Part shown: positions 29,247-42,018 of the stretch, piece after piece | Layout: every line of letters starts with the position of its first letter | Numbering within the stretch: position 1 is the stretch's first letter | From: Actinomycetales bacterium | GTDB taxonomy: Bacteria; Actinomycetota; Actinomycetes; S36-B12 | Reading direction: 5' to 3' | DNA length: 64,000 nucleotides | NCBI GenBank assembly: GCA_016125355.1 | Contig: WGLX01000011.1 | Coordinates: forward strand, 60,264 to 124,263 | Program-made: the position numbers and the translations under genes | The notes under the pieces: generated by a model | What the model was told of the DNA's origin: nothing | Database searches by the model: none | Seen by the model: the letters and a program-made list of their open reading frames with translations, nothing else

Positions 29247-29420
29247 CGATTGGGTACTTGGACGTCCTCGATCACGGTTGGATAACGATTCGCTGTAACG
29301 CCCATGTAACCGATTTCATCGGCCATTCATCGGACGTACATTTGCGCCACGATTTCGCCGGGGAGTCCCCGACTCCTCGATTTCCGTGAACGGCCATCTG
29401 GCCGAAGAGAGAGGACCACT

Positions 29421-30659
29421 ATGCGCAGGTCTCTGCGTGCGCTCGTTGCCGCCCCCGTGGTGGCCACGGTCGCCTTTGGTTCGCTGCTCGCCGTTCCTGC
29501 GGCGCATGCAGCGGACAACACGATCACCGTCTGGGTCGACCAGAAGCGGATTGACAACTACCGCGAGGTGTTCTCCAGCGGCACCTACGCCGGCTACAAG
29601 ATCAACCTGGTGCCGAAGGACTTCGGCAAGATCCGCGACGATCTCAAGACGGTCTCGGCCGACTCCGCCCCGGACGTCATCTCCGGCGCCCACGACTGGA
29701 CCGGCGACCTCGCCGCCAGCGGCCTCATCGTCAAGCTGAACGTCCCGTCCAAGACCATCAAGATCCTGTCGCCCTTCGCGCTCAACGGCTTCCGCTACGG
29801 CGCGGGCATCTACGGCATCCCGACCCAGATCGAGAACGTCGCGATGATCACCAACGCCAAGTTGGTGCCCACGCAGCCGAAGACGTGGGACGAGCTCGCC
29901 ACGCAGGCTCTTGCGCTGAAGAAGAAGGGCAAGGCGACCGTTCCGTTCGCCGTGCCCCAGGGCGCCAACGGTGACGCCTACCACATGTACCCGCTGTTCA
30001 GCGGCCTCGGTGGCTACATCTTCGGCACCAACCCGTCGGGTTCGGTCAACGTCAAGGACGTCGGCCTCTACAACAAGACCTTCGCCGGCAACGCCAACAT
30101 GATCAACGACTGGAACAAGACCGGCCTGATCAACTCCAAGGTGGACTACGGCATCGCCAAGACCGCGTTCACAACGGGCAAGTCCCCGTTCTGGATCACC
30201 GGTCCGTGGGAGCTCGACGCCATCAAGGCCCTCCCGTTCAAGTACCGCGTGACCACCGTTCCGCCGATCGTGGCCGGCATCAAGCCGGTGCCGTTCCTCG
30301 GCGCGCAAGGCGCGATGGTCACGAAGTACGCCGCCACGCACGGCGTTCAGGTCGGCGCCAATGCCCTGGTCACCCAGTTCATGGCCAGCGCTCCGTACCA
30401 GGCCAAGCTCGCCGCGGCCGACGGCCGTACCCCGGCCAACCGGCTCGCTGCCGCCAACGTCTCCGATCCGGTCCTGAAGGCGTTCTCGGCTGCCTCCACC
30501 GGTGGCGTGCCGATGCCGAACGTCCCGCAGATGGCCTCCGTCTGGGGCGCGCTCGGCGGCGCGTGGGTCAACTCGACCAAGGGCAAGGGTGCGATCCCGG
30601 CCCAGAAGTCGTTCGCCCAGGCTCAGGCGACCGTCAAGAAGGCGATCGCGGCCGGCTGA
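29421..30659 (+). CDS. maltose/maltodextrin-type ABC transporter substrate-binding protein (MalE-like)
   Basis: Signal peptide then a family-1 solute-binding fold. Followed by MalF/MalG-like permeases and GH13 enzymes. Confidence 0.85.
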   Translation: MRRSLRALVAAPVVATVAFGSLLAVPAAHAADNTITVWVDQKRIDNYREVFSSGTYAGYKINLVPKDFGKIRDDLKTVSADSAPDVISGAHDWTGDLAASGLIVKLNVPSKTIKILSPFALNGFRYGAGIYGIPTQIENVAMITNAKLVPTQPKTWDELATQALALKKKGKATVPFAVPQGANGDAYHMYPLFSGLGGYIFGTNPSGSVNVKDVGLYNKTFAGNANMINDWNKTGLINSKVDYGIAKTAFTTGKSPFWITGPWELDAIKALPFKYRVTTVPPIVAGIKPVPFLGAQGAMVTKYAATHGVQVGANALVTQFMASAPYQAKLAAADGRTPANRLAAANVSDPVLKAFSAASTGGVPMPNVPQMASVWGALGGAWVNSTKGKGAIPAQKSFAQAQATVKKAIAAG

Positions 30660-30678
30660 TCCGGCTCTGAACCGATGC

Positions 30679-30716
30679 GACGCGGGGATCCCCGGAGTGA
30701 TGGGGATCCCCGCGTT
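30679..30716 (+). other. strong intra-operon hairpin between the binding-protein and permease genes
   Basis: cgcggggatcccc-ggagtgat-ggggatccccgcg gives a 13-bp perfect stem, extendable by 1-2 pairs. Confidence 0.7.
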
Positions 30717-30766
30717 CGCGGCTCTAGGGTCCCCCCACCAGTGCTAGCCAAGGAGCGTCGGCAGCG

Positions 30767-32641
30767 ATGCAGGAACTGATCTCCCGCTTCGGCGGGACGC
30801 CCGCATTGATCCTCAAGATCCTGTTCCTCGGCGTCATCAACGCCGCCGCCATCTGGGCGATCCCCGCCCTGATCGGCACCGAGAACTGGGTGATGCTCGG
30901 CATCCTCGTCGTGACGACCGCCGGCATCGACTTCTTCTTGCTGGCCCGTCGTTTCGTGCCGGGCAAGTACGTCGTCATCGGCGCCTCGCTCCTTCTGATC
31001 TTCCAGATCATCCCCATCCTGTACACGGTGGCCATCGCCTTCACCAACTACTCGACCGGACACATCGGCACGAAGGACGAGGCGATCGCGACCATCCAGC
31101 GCGACTCCCTCTCCGAGGGCGACAACGCCATCTCCTACGACATGCTGCCGCTGTACGCGGAGGGCCAGAAGGTGGTGCTGGCTCTCACCGAAGTCCCCAC
31201 GGACACCGGTGACCAGACGGCCGCCGACAACGCGCCCGACCTGGGGCAGTCGGAATCGGGGACACAGACCGAGTTCGGCCCCAGCGATGCGGCGTCGCCC
31301 GAGGCGAGCGTGCAGACGGAGTTCGGCCCCACCGGCGACACGGCGTCCGCCGAGCCGAGTGTTCAGACGGAGTTCGGCCCCGGCACGGACACCGCGTCGG
31401 CGGAGCCGAGCGTGCAGACCGAGTTCGGCCCCGGCGAGGTCAGCAGCACGGCCCCGAGCCCGGACGCCTCCTCCGGAACCGACATGAACGTCGTGACGCC
31501 GGAGCCCCCGGGCGGCTGGCCGCCCACCTACATCGGGACGAACCAGGGCCTTGACCCGGTTCCTCCGGGCGACGTCCAGCGAGACGAGTTCGGCACGGTC
31601 ATCGGAGTCACCGGCTACCAGACCGTTCCCGAGGCCGACTACCCGAACCTCGACACCGCGATCGCGAACATCAAGGTGCCCGGACCGACGGGTGGCTACA
31701 TCACGGCCCAGGGCTTCGACTCCGCCGTCGAGCTGACGCCGACCGTCACCTATGACGCGGCCTCCGACACCTTCACGAACATCCAGACCGGGGCCGTCTA
31801 CGTCGACAACAACAAGGGCTCCTTCGTCAACCAGGACAACCCCGAGGACGAACTGCTCCCGGGCTGGCGGGCGAATATCGGCTGGACCAACTTCGCGTCG
31901 ATCGTGACCAACCCGGACGTCAGCGGGCCGTTCGTCTACGTGTTCCTCTGGACGTTCGCCTATGCGCTGCTCACCGTCCTGCTGACCTTCACGGCCGGGC
32001 TCGGCCTCGCCATCACGCTGAACAAGCCGGGGATGCGCGGCCAGCGGATCTATCGGGCTCTCCTGATCGTCCCCTACGCCGTTCCGGCCTTCCTCAGCGC
32101 GCTCGTGTTCGCGGGCCTGCTGAATGACGACTTCGGGGCCATCAACCAGACGTTCGGCATCAGCATCCCGTGGCTGTTCGACCCGTTCTGGGCCAAGGTG
32201 AGCTGCCTCATGCTGAACTTCTGGCTCGGCGTCCCCTACATGTTCCTCATCTCGACGGGAGCACTCCAGGCAATTCCCAGCGAACTCCAGGAGGCGGCCC
32301 GCATCGACGGGGCCCGCAACTTCCAGGTCTTCCGCCTGGTGAACCTGCCGCTCCTGCTGGTCGCCTTGACCCCGCTTCTGGTCGCGTCCTTCGCATTCAA
32401 CTTCAACAACTTCAACAACATCTACCTGCTCACCGGCGGTGGACCGGCCATCGAGGGCTCGCCCATCGCCGGCGCGACGGACATCCTGATCAGTTACACC
32501 TACAAGATCGCGTTCGCCGCCGGCAAGGGCAATGACTACGGCCTGGCCAGTGCCATCTCGATCATCATCTTCCTGATCGTCGGAGGCATCTCCGCGACCA
32601 TGTTCGCCAGATCGAAGGCCCTACGGGAGGAGCGGTCATGA
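30767..32641 (+). CDS. ABC sugar permease, MalF-like, with a very large extracytoplasmic insert
   Basis: 624 aa. N-terminal TM helices, then an insert of roughly 290 aa, then the MalF-type core with an EAA-like loop (EAARIDGARNFQVFRLVNLP). Confidence 0.88.
   Translation: MQELISRFGGTPALILKILFLGVINAAAIWAIPALIGTENWVMLGILVVTTAGIDFFLLARRFVPGKYVVIGASLLLIFQIIPILYTVAIAFTNYSTGHIGTKDEAIATIQRDSLSEGDNAISYDMLPLYAEGQKVVLALTEVPTDTGDQTAADNAPDLGQSESGTQTEFGPSDAASPEASVQTEFGPTGDTASAEPSVQTEFGPGTDTASAEPSVQTEFGPGEVSSTAPSPDASSGTDMNVVTPEPPGGWPPTYIGTNQGLDPVPPGDVQRDEFGTVIGVTGYQTVPEADYPNLDTAIANIKVPGPTGGYITAQGFDSAVELTPTVTYDAASDTFTNIQTGAVYVDNNKGSFVNQDNPEDELLPGWRANIGWTNFASIVTNPDVSGPFVYVFLWTFAYALLTVLLTFTAGLGLAITLNKPGMRGQRIYRALLIVPYAVPAFLSALVFAGLLNDDFGAINQTFGISIPWLFDPFWAKVSCLMLNFWLGVPYMFLISTGALQAIPSELQEAARIDGARNFQVFRLVNLPLLLVALTPLLVASFAFNFNNFNNIYLLTGGGPAIEGSPIAGATDILISYTYKIAFAAGKGNDYGLASAISIIIFLIVGGISATMFARSKALREERS
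31261..31433 (+). repeat. in-frame imperfect tandem repeat inside the MalF-like insert (TEFGP x4)
   Basis: The peptide reads QTEFGPSDAASPEASVQTEFGPTGDTASAEPSVQTEFGPGTDTASAEPSVQTEFGPG. The DNA copies differ mostly at third codon positions. Confidence 0.9.
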
Positions 32642-33537
32642 GCGCGGTCATCGAGGCGCCTGTCCCGCGCAAGAAGCACCTGACGTTCCGCCAGTGGGTG
32701 GGGCGCAACGGCTGGCGGCACGTCGTCGCCTGGGGAGCGATCGCCCTGGCCCTGTTCCCGGTGCTGTGGATGGTCAGTGCGGCCTTCACGCACGACCCCT
32801 CCATCAGCTCCGGAGCGCTCATCCCGACCCAGCCCACCCTCGAGAACTTCCAGACGCTGTTCTCGAACCCGGACCAGCCGTACGCCAACTGGTACATCAA
32901 CACCATCTTCGTGGCGGCGATCGCGGCCGTGTTCACGGTGATCATCGCGGCGGGGGCCGCCTACGCGTTCAGCCGGTTCCGCTTCAAGGGCCGCAAGGTG
33001 GGCCTGATGTTCCTCCTGCTGGTCCAGATGTTCCCGCAGTTCCTGGCCCTGACAGCCATCTACATCATCATGGTGAACATCGGCGATGTGTTCCCCGCCA
33101 TCGGGCTCGACACCCTGCCCGGCCTGATCCTCGTGTACCTCGGCGGAGCGCTCGGCGTCAACGCGTGGCTGATCAAGGGCTTCTTCGACACCATCCCCAT
33201 CGAGATCGACGAGTCGGCCAAGGTGGACGGCGCTACGCACGGACAGGTCTTCTGGGGCATCATCATGCCGCTGGCCGTCCCGGTCCTCGCGGTCGTGGGC
33301 CTGCTCAGCTTCATCGGAACGATCAACGAGTTCATCATCGCGAGCGCGCTCATCCAGACTCCGTCGACGAAGACCCTGGCCGTCGGCCTCCAGGGCTTCA
33401 TCGCCAACCAGTACTCGGAGAACTGGGGGCCGTTCACCGCCGGCGCGCTGCTTGCCGCCATCCCCGTGGTGATCCTGTTCTTCCTCCTCCAGCGGTTCAT
33501 CGTCAGCGGGCTGACCGCAGGGTCGGTGAAGGGCTAG
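32638..33537 (+). CDS. ABC sugar permease, MalG-like
   Basis: 299 aa with EAA loop ESAKVDGATHGQVFWGIIMPL. It overlaps malF-like by 4 nt. Confidence 0.9.
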   Translation: MSAVIEAPVPRKKHLTFRQWVGRNGWRHVVAWGAIALALFPVLWMVSAAFTHDPSISSGALIPTQPTLENFQTLFSNPDQPYANWYINTIFVAAIAAVFTVIIAAGAAYAFSRFRFKGRKVGLMFLLLVQMFPQFLALTAIYIIMVNIGDVFPAIGLDTLPGLILVYLGGALGVNAWLIKGFFDTIPIEIDESAKVDGATHGQVFWGIIMPLAVPVLAVVGLLSFIGTINEFIIASALIQTPSTKTLAVGLQGFIANQYSENWGPFTAGALLAAIPVVILFFLLQRFIVSGLTAGSVKG

Positions 33538-35390
33538 TGGAACAACTGCCCACGGGAGTGCACCACGATGGCTCGCCCCTGTACGTGTCGAACCTCGCGC
33601 CCGCGCTGGGAGAGGTCCTCACGCTGCGCCTGCGCACGCATCGTGACCACCAGCCCGCGGACGTCCTCCTGCGGACCGTCCGCGACGGTGAGCCGCACAT
33701 CACCGCCGCCGAGAGGGTCGACGAGTCGGGGGTCGACATCTGGTGGCAGGCGCAGATCGAGGTGCGCAACATCGAGACCCACTACCGGTGGCTGCTCGCG
33801 GGCGGCGCCTTCGACTTCGCCTGGCTGACCGCCGGCGGCCTCGTCGAGTACGACGTCCCCGATGCGACGGACTTCGTCGTCAGCGCCACGGAGGACGTGC
33901 CCGCGTGGGTGCACTCGGCGGTCATCTACCAGGTCTTCCCCGATCGGTTCGCGCGGAGCGCCGAGCGCGGCCTGGGGCCGGCCGAGGCGCCGGCCGGTGC
34001 CGAGCTCCCGGACTGGGCAGCGCCCCGCGCGTGGACGGATACCCCCACCGGGCGTGGACCGGCGACGTCGCGTGAGTACTTCGGCGGTGACCTGGATGGC
34101 GTGCGGGAGCACCTCGACCATGTGCGCGCCCTCGGGGCCGACGTCGTCTACCTGACACCGGTCTTCCCGGCACAGTCGACGCACCGCTATGACGCCTCCT
34201 CGTTCAGCCGCGTGGATCCGCTCCTCGGTGGGGACGAGGCGCTGCACAGACTGGTGCATGCCGCGCACGACGAGGGCCTGCGCGTCATCGGCGACATCAC
34301 CCTCAACCACTGCGGCAGGACGCATGAGTGGTTCGTCCACGCTCAGGACCCGGAGGCGCCGGAGCGCGAGTACTTCTACTTCGACGACTCCCTGCCCCAT
34401 GGCTACGAGTGCTGGTTCAACGTGCCGTCACTCCCGAAGTTCGATCACGCGAGCGGGAGGCTGCGGCGCGCCCTCGTGGCCGACGAGGACGCCCCGGTCC
34501 GTACGTGGCTGCGCGGCCCCGACGGACTCGATGGCTGGCGCGTCGACGTCGCGAACATGGCCGGTCGCATGGGCTCCGTGGATGTCACCCATGACTTCGC
34601 GCGGGATGTCCGGATGGCGATGTCACTCGAGCGCGACGATGCCCTCCTCGTGGCCGAGCACGGCCACGATGCGAGCGGCGACCTGCTCGGCGACGGATGG
34701 CACGGGACGATGAACTACGCCGGGTTCACCCGTCAGGTGTGGTGCTGGCTGCGCGGCCCGGAGTTCCGCGAGACCTTCCTCGGCCTGCCCGTCGAGGTCC
34801 CGGTCATCACCGGCCAACAGGCGGTGGCGTCCCTGCGGTCCTTCCACGCGCGCATCCCGTGGCGGTCGCTCATCGCCAGCTGGAACATCCTCAGCAGCCA
34901 CGACACGGCGCGTATCCGGACAGTGGTGGGCTCGGCCGACCGGCAGGAGGCGGCGCTCGCCCTGGCCGTCGGCCTGCCCGGCGTGCCGATGGTCTTCGCC
35001 GGCGACGAAATCGGTGCCATCGGCTGGTGGGGTGAGGACTCCCGCACGCCGTTCCCCTGGCACGACCAGGATGCCTGGGACCACGGGATGCTCGGCGTCT
35101 ACCGCGCACTGCTCGGAATCCGGCGCGACAGCGCGGCCCTCGCCACGGGAGGCCTGCGCTGGCTGCATGTCGCATCCGACGCGCTTGCCTTCGTGCGCGA
35201 GCACCCGCAGGAGTCCATCCTCGTGGTGGTGGCGCGCAACCAGTCCGAGTCCGTGCGGATCCCGCTCACTGATCTGCGCGCGGGCTCCGTAGAGCATCTG
35301 TTCGGCTTCTCCGCGGAGGTCTCTGCCGAGCAGGTCGTCATCGAGGTCCCGTCGGCGGGTGCCGGCGTGTGGCGAGTGGAGGGTAGGTAG
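33537..35390 (+). CDS. GH13 alpha-glucosidase / maltodextrin glucosidase (MalZ-like), cytoplasmic
   Basis: GTG at 33537 overlaps the malG-like stop (TAGTG). GH13 regions are present: DITLNH, GWRVDVANM, AEHGHD, LSSHDTAR. No signal peptide. Confidence 0.85.
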   Translation: MEQLPTGVHHDGSPLYVSNLAPALGEVLTLRLRTHRDHQPADVLLRTVRDGEPHITAAERVDESGVDIWWQAQIEVRNIETHYRWLLAGGAFDFAWLTAGGLVEYDVPDATDFVVSATEDVPAWVHSAVIYQVFPDRFARSAERGLGPAEAPAGAELPDWAAPRAWTDTPTGRGPATSREYFGGDLDGVREHLDHVRALGADVVYLTPVFPAQSTHRYDASSFSRVDPLLGGDEALHRLVHAAHDEGLRVIGDITLNHCGRTHEWFVHAQDPEAPEREYFYFDDSLPHGYECWFNVPSLPKFDHASGRLRRALVADEDAPVRTWLRGPDGLDGWRVDVANMAGRMGSVDVTHDFARDVRMAMSLERDDALLVAEHGHDASGDLLGDGWHGTMNYAGFTRQVWCWLRGPEFRETFLGLPVEVPVITGQQAVASLRSFHARIPWRSLIASWNILSSHDTARIRTVVGSADRQEAALALAVGLPGVPMVFAGDEIGAIGWWGEDSRTPFPWHDQDAWDHGMLGVYRALLGIRRDSAALATGGLRWLHVASDALAFVREHPQESILVVVARNQSESVRIPLTDLRAGSVEHLFGFSAEVSAEQVVIEVPSAGAGVWRVEGR

Positions 35391-35392
35391 TC

Positions 35393-36563
<1,171 letters not shown>

Positions 36564-36577
<14 letters not shown>

Positions 36578-38687
36578 GGCCCTGCTCGCCGCGCTGGCGG
36601 TCGGGGGGCTCCTGGCCGGTCCGCTCGCGTCGGGAGCGTCAGCCGACGGCGGCCTGGTAGGCCTGGCCGCGCCCTCGGTGCGGTCGCCGATCGCGTCCGA
36701 CACGTTCTACTTCGTGATGACCGACCGGTATCGCGACGGGGACCCGTCCAACAACTCGGGCGGCGTGACGGGAGGCGTCGAGCGCACGGGCTACCTCCCG
36801 GAGTCCGAGGCGTACTTCCACGGCGGCGACCTCAAGGGGCTGACGGGTCGATGCGATCCGAACGACCCCTCCGACGAGGGACTCGCCCGTCTGAAGAGGC
36901 TGGGGTTCACAGCAGTGTGGATCACGCCGCCGTTCGTCCAGCGCACCGTGCAAGGCTCGAGTGCTGCCTACCACGGTTACTGGTTCCTCGACATCACCCG
37001 TCCGGACCCGCACCTAGGCGACGAGGCGGACTTCGCCGCCTTCATGAGCTGCGCCAAGTCCCTCGGCATCAAGGTCTTCCTCGACGTCGTGGTCAACCAC
37101 ACGGCCGACGTGATCGCCTATCCGCAGGGCACGGCGTACGTCTCCCTGGCGAGGAAGCCCTACCGCACGGCTGCCGGTCGGGCGTTCGACCCGTGGGACT
37201 TCACGTCAGGCAGGTCGTTCCCGAGACTGTCTCCGACCCGCAGCTTCGCGAAGACCCCGACGGTGCCCGCGGCACTGAAGGACGCCAAGCGGCCCGCGGT
37301 GCTCAACGAGGTCACCCGGTACCACAATCGCGGGGACATCGACTGGGGGAGCTGCGTCGGCCGGTGCGAGACCGATGGTGACTTCAGCGGGCTCGATGAC
37401 CTCATGACCGAGGACTGGACCGTCGTCAAGGCGCTGGCCGACGCGTACGGCGAGTGGATCACGAAGTACGGCGTCGACGGGTTCCGGATCGACACCGCCA
37501 AGCACGTCGACCCCTACTTCTTCGGACGCTGGCTGCCGATGATCCAGGCCACCGCCGCGTCGTCCGGCAAGCCCGCCTTCACGGAGTTCGCCGAGGCGTG
37601 GATGCAGGACTCGGCGCAGCTCGCCGAGTTCCAGCAGACCCGCGGCCTGCCGTCGGTGCTCGACTTCCCGTTCCAGGACGCGGTGCGCCAGTTCGCCACC
37701 GGCCGTGCTGCCGGTGGTCTCATGACCGCGCTGTTCGGCGAGGACGACTACTACACCTCGCCAAGCACGAACGCCTACGGACTGACGACCTTCCTCGGCA
37801 ACCACGACATGGGCCGCATCGGCTTCTTCCTCAGGACCCAGTCCCAGGACCAGGGCACCGACCTCGAGCAGCGGGACCTCCTGGCGCACGACGTGCTCTA
37901 CCTGACGCGCGGGGTCCCGATCGTCTACTACGGCGACGAGGTCGGCATGACCGGCTCCGGCGACGGCACCGACAAGCAGGCCCGCCAGGACATGTTCCCC
38001 ACCAAGGTGACCATGTGGCAGAGCGAGGAGCGCATCGGAGGAGCCCCGATCGGCACCGGCTCGTCCTTCGATCGCAGCACGGCGCTGGAGGCGCACCTGG
38101 CCACCCTGGCTCGGCTGCGCGCCGAGCACCCCGCGCTGGCCACGGGTGCGATGATCCCGCGAGGAAGCAGCGGTCCGGTGTTCGCCGTGAGCCGCATCGA
38201 TGCCGCTCAGCGCAAGGAGTACGTCGTCGCTTTCAACGGGGGTGCCGATGCGGCGTCCATCGACGTGCGGGCATCGACGCCGGGACTCGGCTGGACCCCG
38301 CTGCTCGGCGAGGGTTCGGTGTCGCCGGGTGCAGGTGGCTCGCTCCGCGTGGCCGTTCCGGCCCGTTCGACGGTCGTGCTGGAGGCGGACCAGCCGCTGC
38401 CGCAGCCGGGCGCCCCGCAGGTGAGCCTGCGGACCGGCAAGGACGCGGTCACGGGCCGGTACCGGCTGGCCGCGACGGTTCCCGGCAACGATCCCTCGTC
38501 GGTCACCTTCTTGGTGCGCCGTCCGGGGCGCGCCTGGACCGTCGCCGGCACGGACGATGCGAGGCCGTTCCGCGTCTTCCTGCCGACCGGCAGGGGATCC
38601 GTGCAGGTCGCCGCCGTGGTCGAGGACTCCGCGGGACGGCGGGCGGCCACCGCCCCGCGCACCCTGAGGATCACGCCGTTCCTCTAG
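36564..38687 (+). CDS. secreted GH13 alpha-amylase-family enzyme
   Basis: TTG start at 36564 overlaps the ATPase end. Signal peptide LLAALAVGGLLAGPLASGASA. GH13 regions DVVVNH, GFRIDTAKHV, FAEAW, FLGNHDM. C-terminal beta-rich domains. Confidence 0.88.
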
Positions 38688-38784
38688 CGCGATCGGTGCG
38701 CGACACACGGGACGGTTCGCCCATCGAGGCCGTTCGTGCATAGCATCGGTGGCGGACATGCTGTTCGCAAAGGAAGGTAGACAC

Positions 38785-40041
38785 GTGCGGAAGCTGACCC
38801 GGACCCTGGTGGCCGCCACCGTCCTCGCTCTGGTGAGCACGGGCGTGGTGGTCGCTCCGCCCGCCCAGGCGGCGGACTCGATCGTCATCTGGTCGGATCC
38901 GGCGCACGCCCCCGTGCTCCAGCAGCTGCTGGGTGCCAGCTACGACGGCACGCCCGTCACCGTGGTCACGAAGGACCCGGCGACCGTGCGGAACGACCTC
39001 GCGACGGTCCGGCCGGCCGAGGCGCCGGACGTCGTGTGGGGTGATCTTGCGTGGACGGGGGAGCTCGCGTCGTCGCAGCTGATCGTTCCCATCACCATGA
39101 AGAAGAAGCGGCGTGGCCAGTTCCGTCCCAACGTCCTGGCCGGCTCGAACGTGGGCGGGGATCTCTACGGCCTCCCCGTGCAGATCAGCAACCTGGCCCT
39201 CGTCACGAACACGACCCTGGTCCCGCAGCAGCCGACGACGTTCAAGGCTCTCGAGGACCTCGCGTTGAAGCTGAAGAAGAACAAGAAGGCCCGGGTGCCG
39301 TTCGCCCTCGCCCAGAGCGACGGCACCTCGCCGTGGTCCACCTACCCGCTGTTCAGCGGCCTGGGCGGCTACCTGTTCGGCAAGACGTCGAACGGGAGCC
39401 TGAACGTCAAGGACATCGGCCTGGCGAACAAGAAGTTCCTCGGCAACAGCAGCTGGATCGGCCAGTGGAACAGCAGCGGCCTGATCGACTCCTCGCTCAC
39501 GCAGGACCGGGCGAAGACCGTGTTCAAGAAGGGCAACTCGGCCTTCTTCCTGGCTGGTCCGGAGGATCTCGAGTACCTCATGGGTCTCGGCTTCGCCTAC
39601 CGCATCGGGGCGCTGCCTCCGATCGTCAACGGCATCAAGCCGGTGCCGCTGCTCACGGTGCACGGGCTCATGGTGACGAAGTTCGCGGCGAAGCACGGAG
39701 TTGAGGACAAGGCGCTGGCCCTGGTCGGGAAGCAACTGTCCGGCGCCAAGCCTCAGCAGGCCCTGGCGGGTGCGCAGGGGTGGTTCCCCGCCAACAAGCG
39801 GGCGGCCGGAACCGTGCCGACCGGCGGCGGACGGATCCGCGCCATCGGCAACGCGGGCGTCGACGGGGTACCGATGCCGAACGTGCCAGAGGCCGGCGTG
39901 CTGTGGGGTCCGTACGCGACCGCGTGGACGACATCGACGAGCGGCTCCGGAGCCACCAAGGCCAAGAAGGCCTTCAAGAAGGCCCAGCGGCAGGCCACCA
40001 CGGGGCTGTCCGGCGGGACCAGCCCCTCCACCTCCGGCTGA
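38785..40041 (+). CDS. second MalE-like ABC substrate-binding protein (paralog of 29421..30659)
   Basis: GTG at 38785 is preceded by AAGGAAGG; the ORF-track start is 38749. Signal peptide present. It aligns with the first binding protein (YPLFSGLGGY.FG...GS.NVKD.GL.NK.F). Confidence 0.85.
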   Translation: MRKLTRTLVAATVLALVSTGVVVAPPAQAADSIVIWSDPAHAPVLQQLLGASYDGTPVTVVTKDPATVRNDLATVRPAEAPDVVWGDLAWTGELASSQLIVPITMKKKRRGQFRPNVLAGSNVGGDLYGLPVQISNLALVTNTTLVPQQPTTFKALEDLALKLKKNKKARVPFALAQSDGTSPWSTYPLFSGLGGYLFGKTSNGSLNVKDIGLANKKFLGNSSWIGQWNSSGLIDSSLTQDRAKTVFKKGNSAFFLAGPEDLEYLMGLGFAYRIGALPPIVNGIKPVPLLTVHGLMVTKFAAKHGVEDKALALVGKQLSGAKPQQALAGAQGWFPANKRAAGTVPTGGGRIRAIGNAGVDGVPMPNVPEAGVLWGPYATAWTTSTSGSGATKAKKAFKKAQRQATTGLSGGTSPSTSG

Positions 40042-40045
40042 CCCC

Positions 40046-40131
40046 CTCCCCACGAGTTGAACCGCTTCCCGGCTCACATCTGCAGATGTGAGCCGGGATC
40101 GCGGTGGTTCTGCGGATTTGAGCCGCTTGCC
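40046..40131 (+). repeat. palindromic repeat element, family E, copy 3
   Basis: ctccccacGAGTTGAACCGCTTCCCGG-ctcacatCTGCAGatgtgag-CCGGGatcGCGG, then GGATTTGAGCCGCTTGCC. It starts 5 nt after the binding-protein stop. Confidence 0.9.
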
Positions 40132-40235
40132 AGGGCACTGGCTGCTGCGCGCGGTCGCGACCGGAGGGGCGTCTGACCCGCGGGAAGGGGCGATTCCGGT
40201 CGTCCCGCCCGACGGGAATCGGATCACCCACATGG

Positions 40236-40262
40236 TTTGCACTCGGGGGGCTGGAGTGCTAA
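40236..40262. promoter_or_regulatory. CIRCE (HrcA operator) copy 1, slightly degenerate
   Basis: tTtGCACTC-N9-GAGTGCTAA compared with the consensus TTAGCACTC-N9-GAGTGCTAA. Confidence 0.85.
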
Positions 40263-40270
40263 CTTCGCTG

Positions 40271-41960
<1,690 letters not shown>

Positions 41961-41968
41961 TCCTCAAG

Positions 41969-42010
41969 GAGGGGAGGGCCGGGATCCGACAGGATCCCGG
42001 CCCTCCCCTC
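41969..42010 (+). terminator. groEL terminator hairpin (19-bp perfect stem, GACA loop)
   Basis: gaggggagggccgggatcc-gaca-ggatcccggccctcccctc begins 9 nt after the groEL stop and is followed by atttcg. Confidence 0.8.
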
Positions 42011-42018
42011 ATTTCGTC

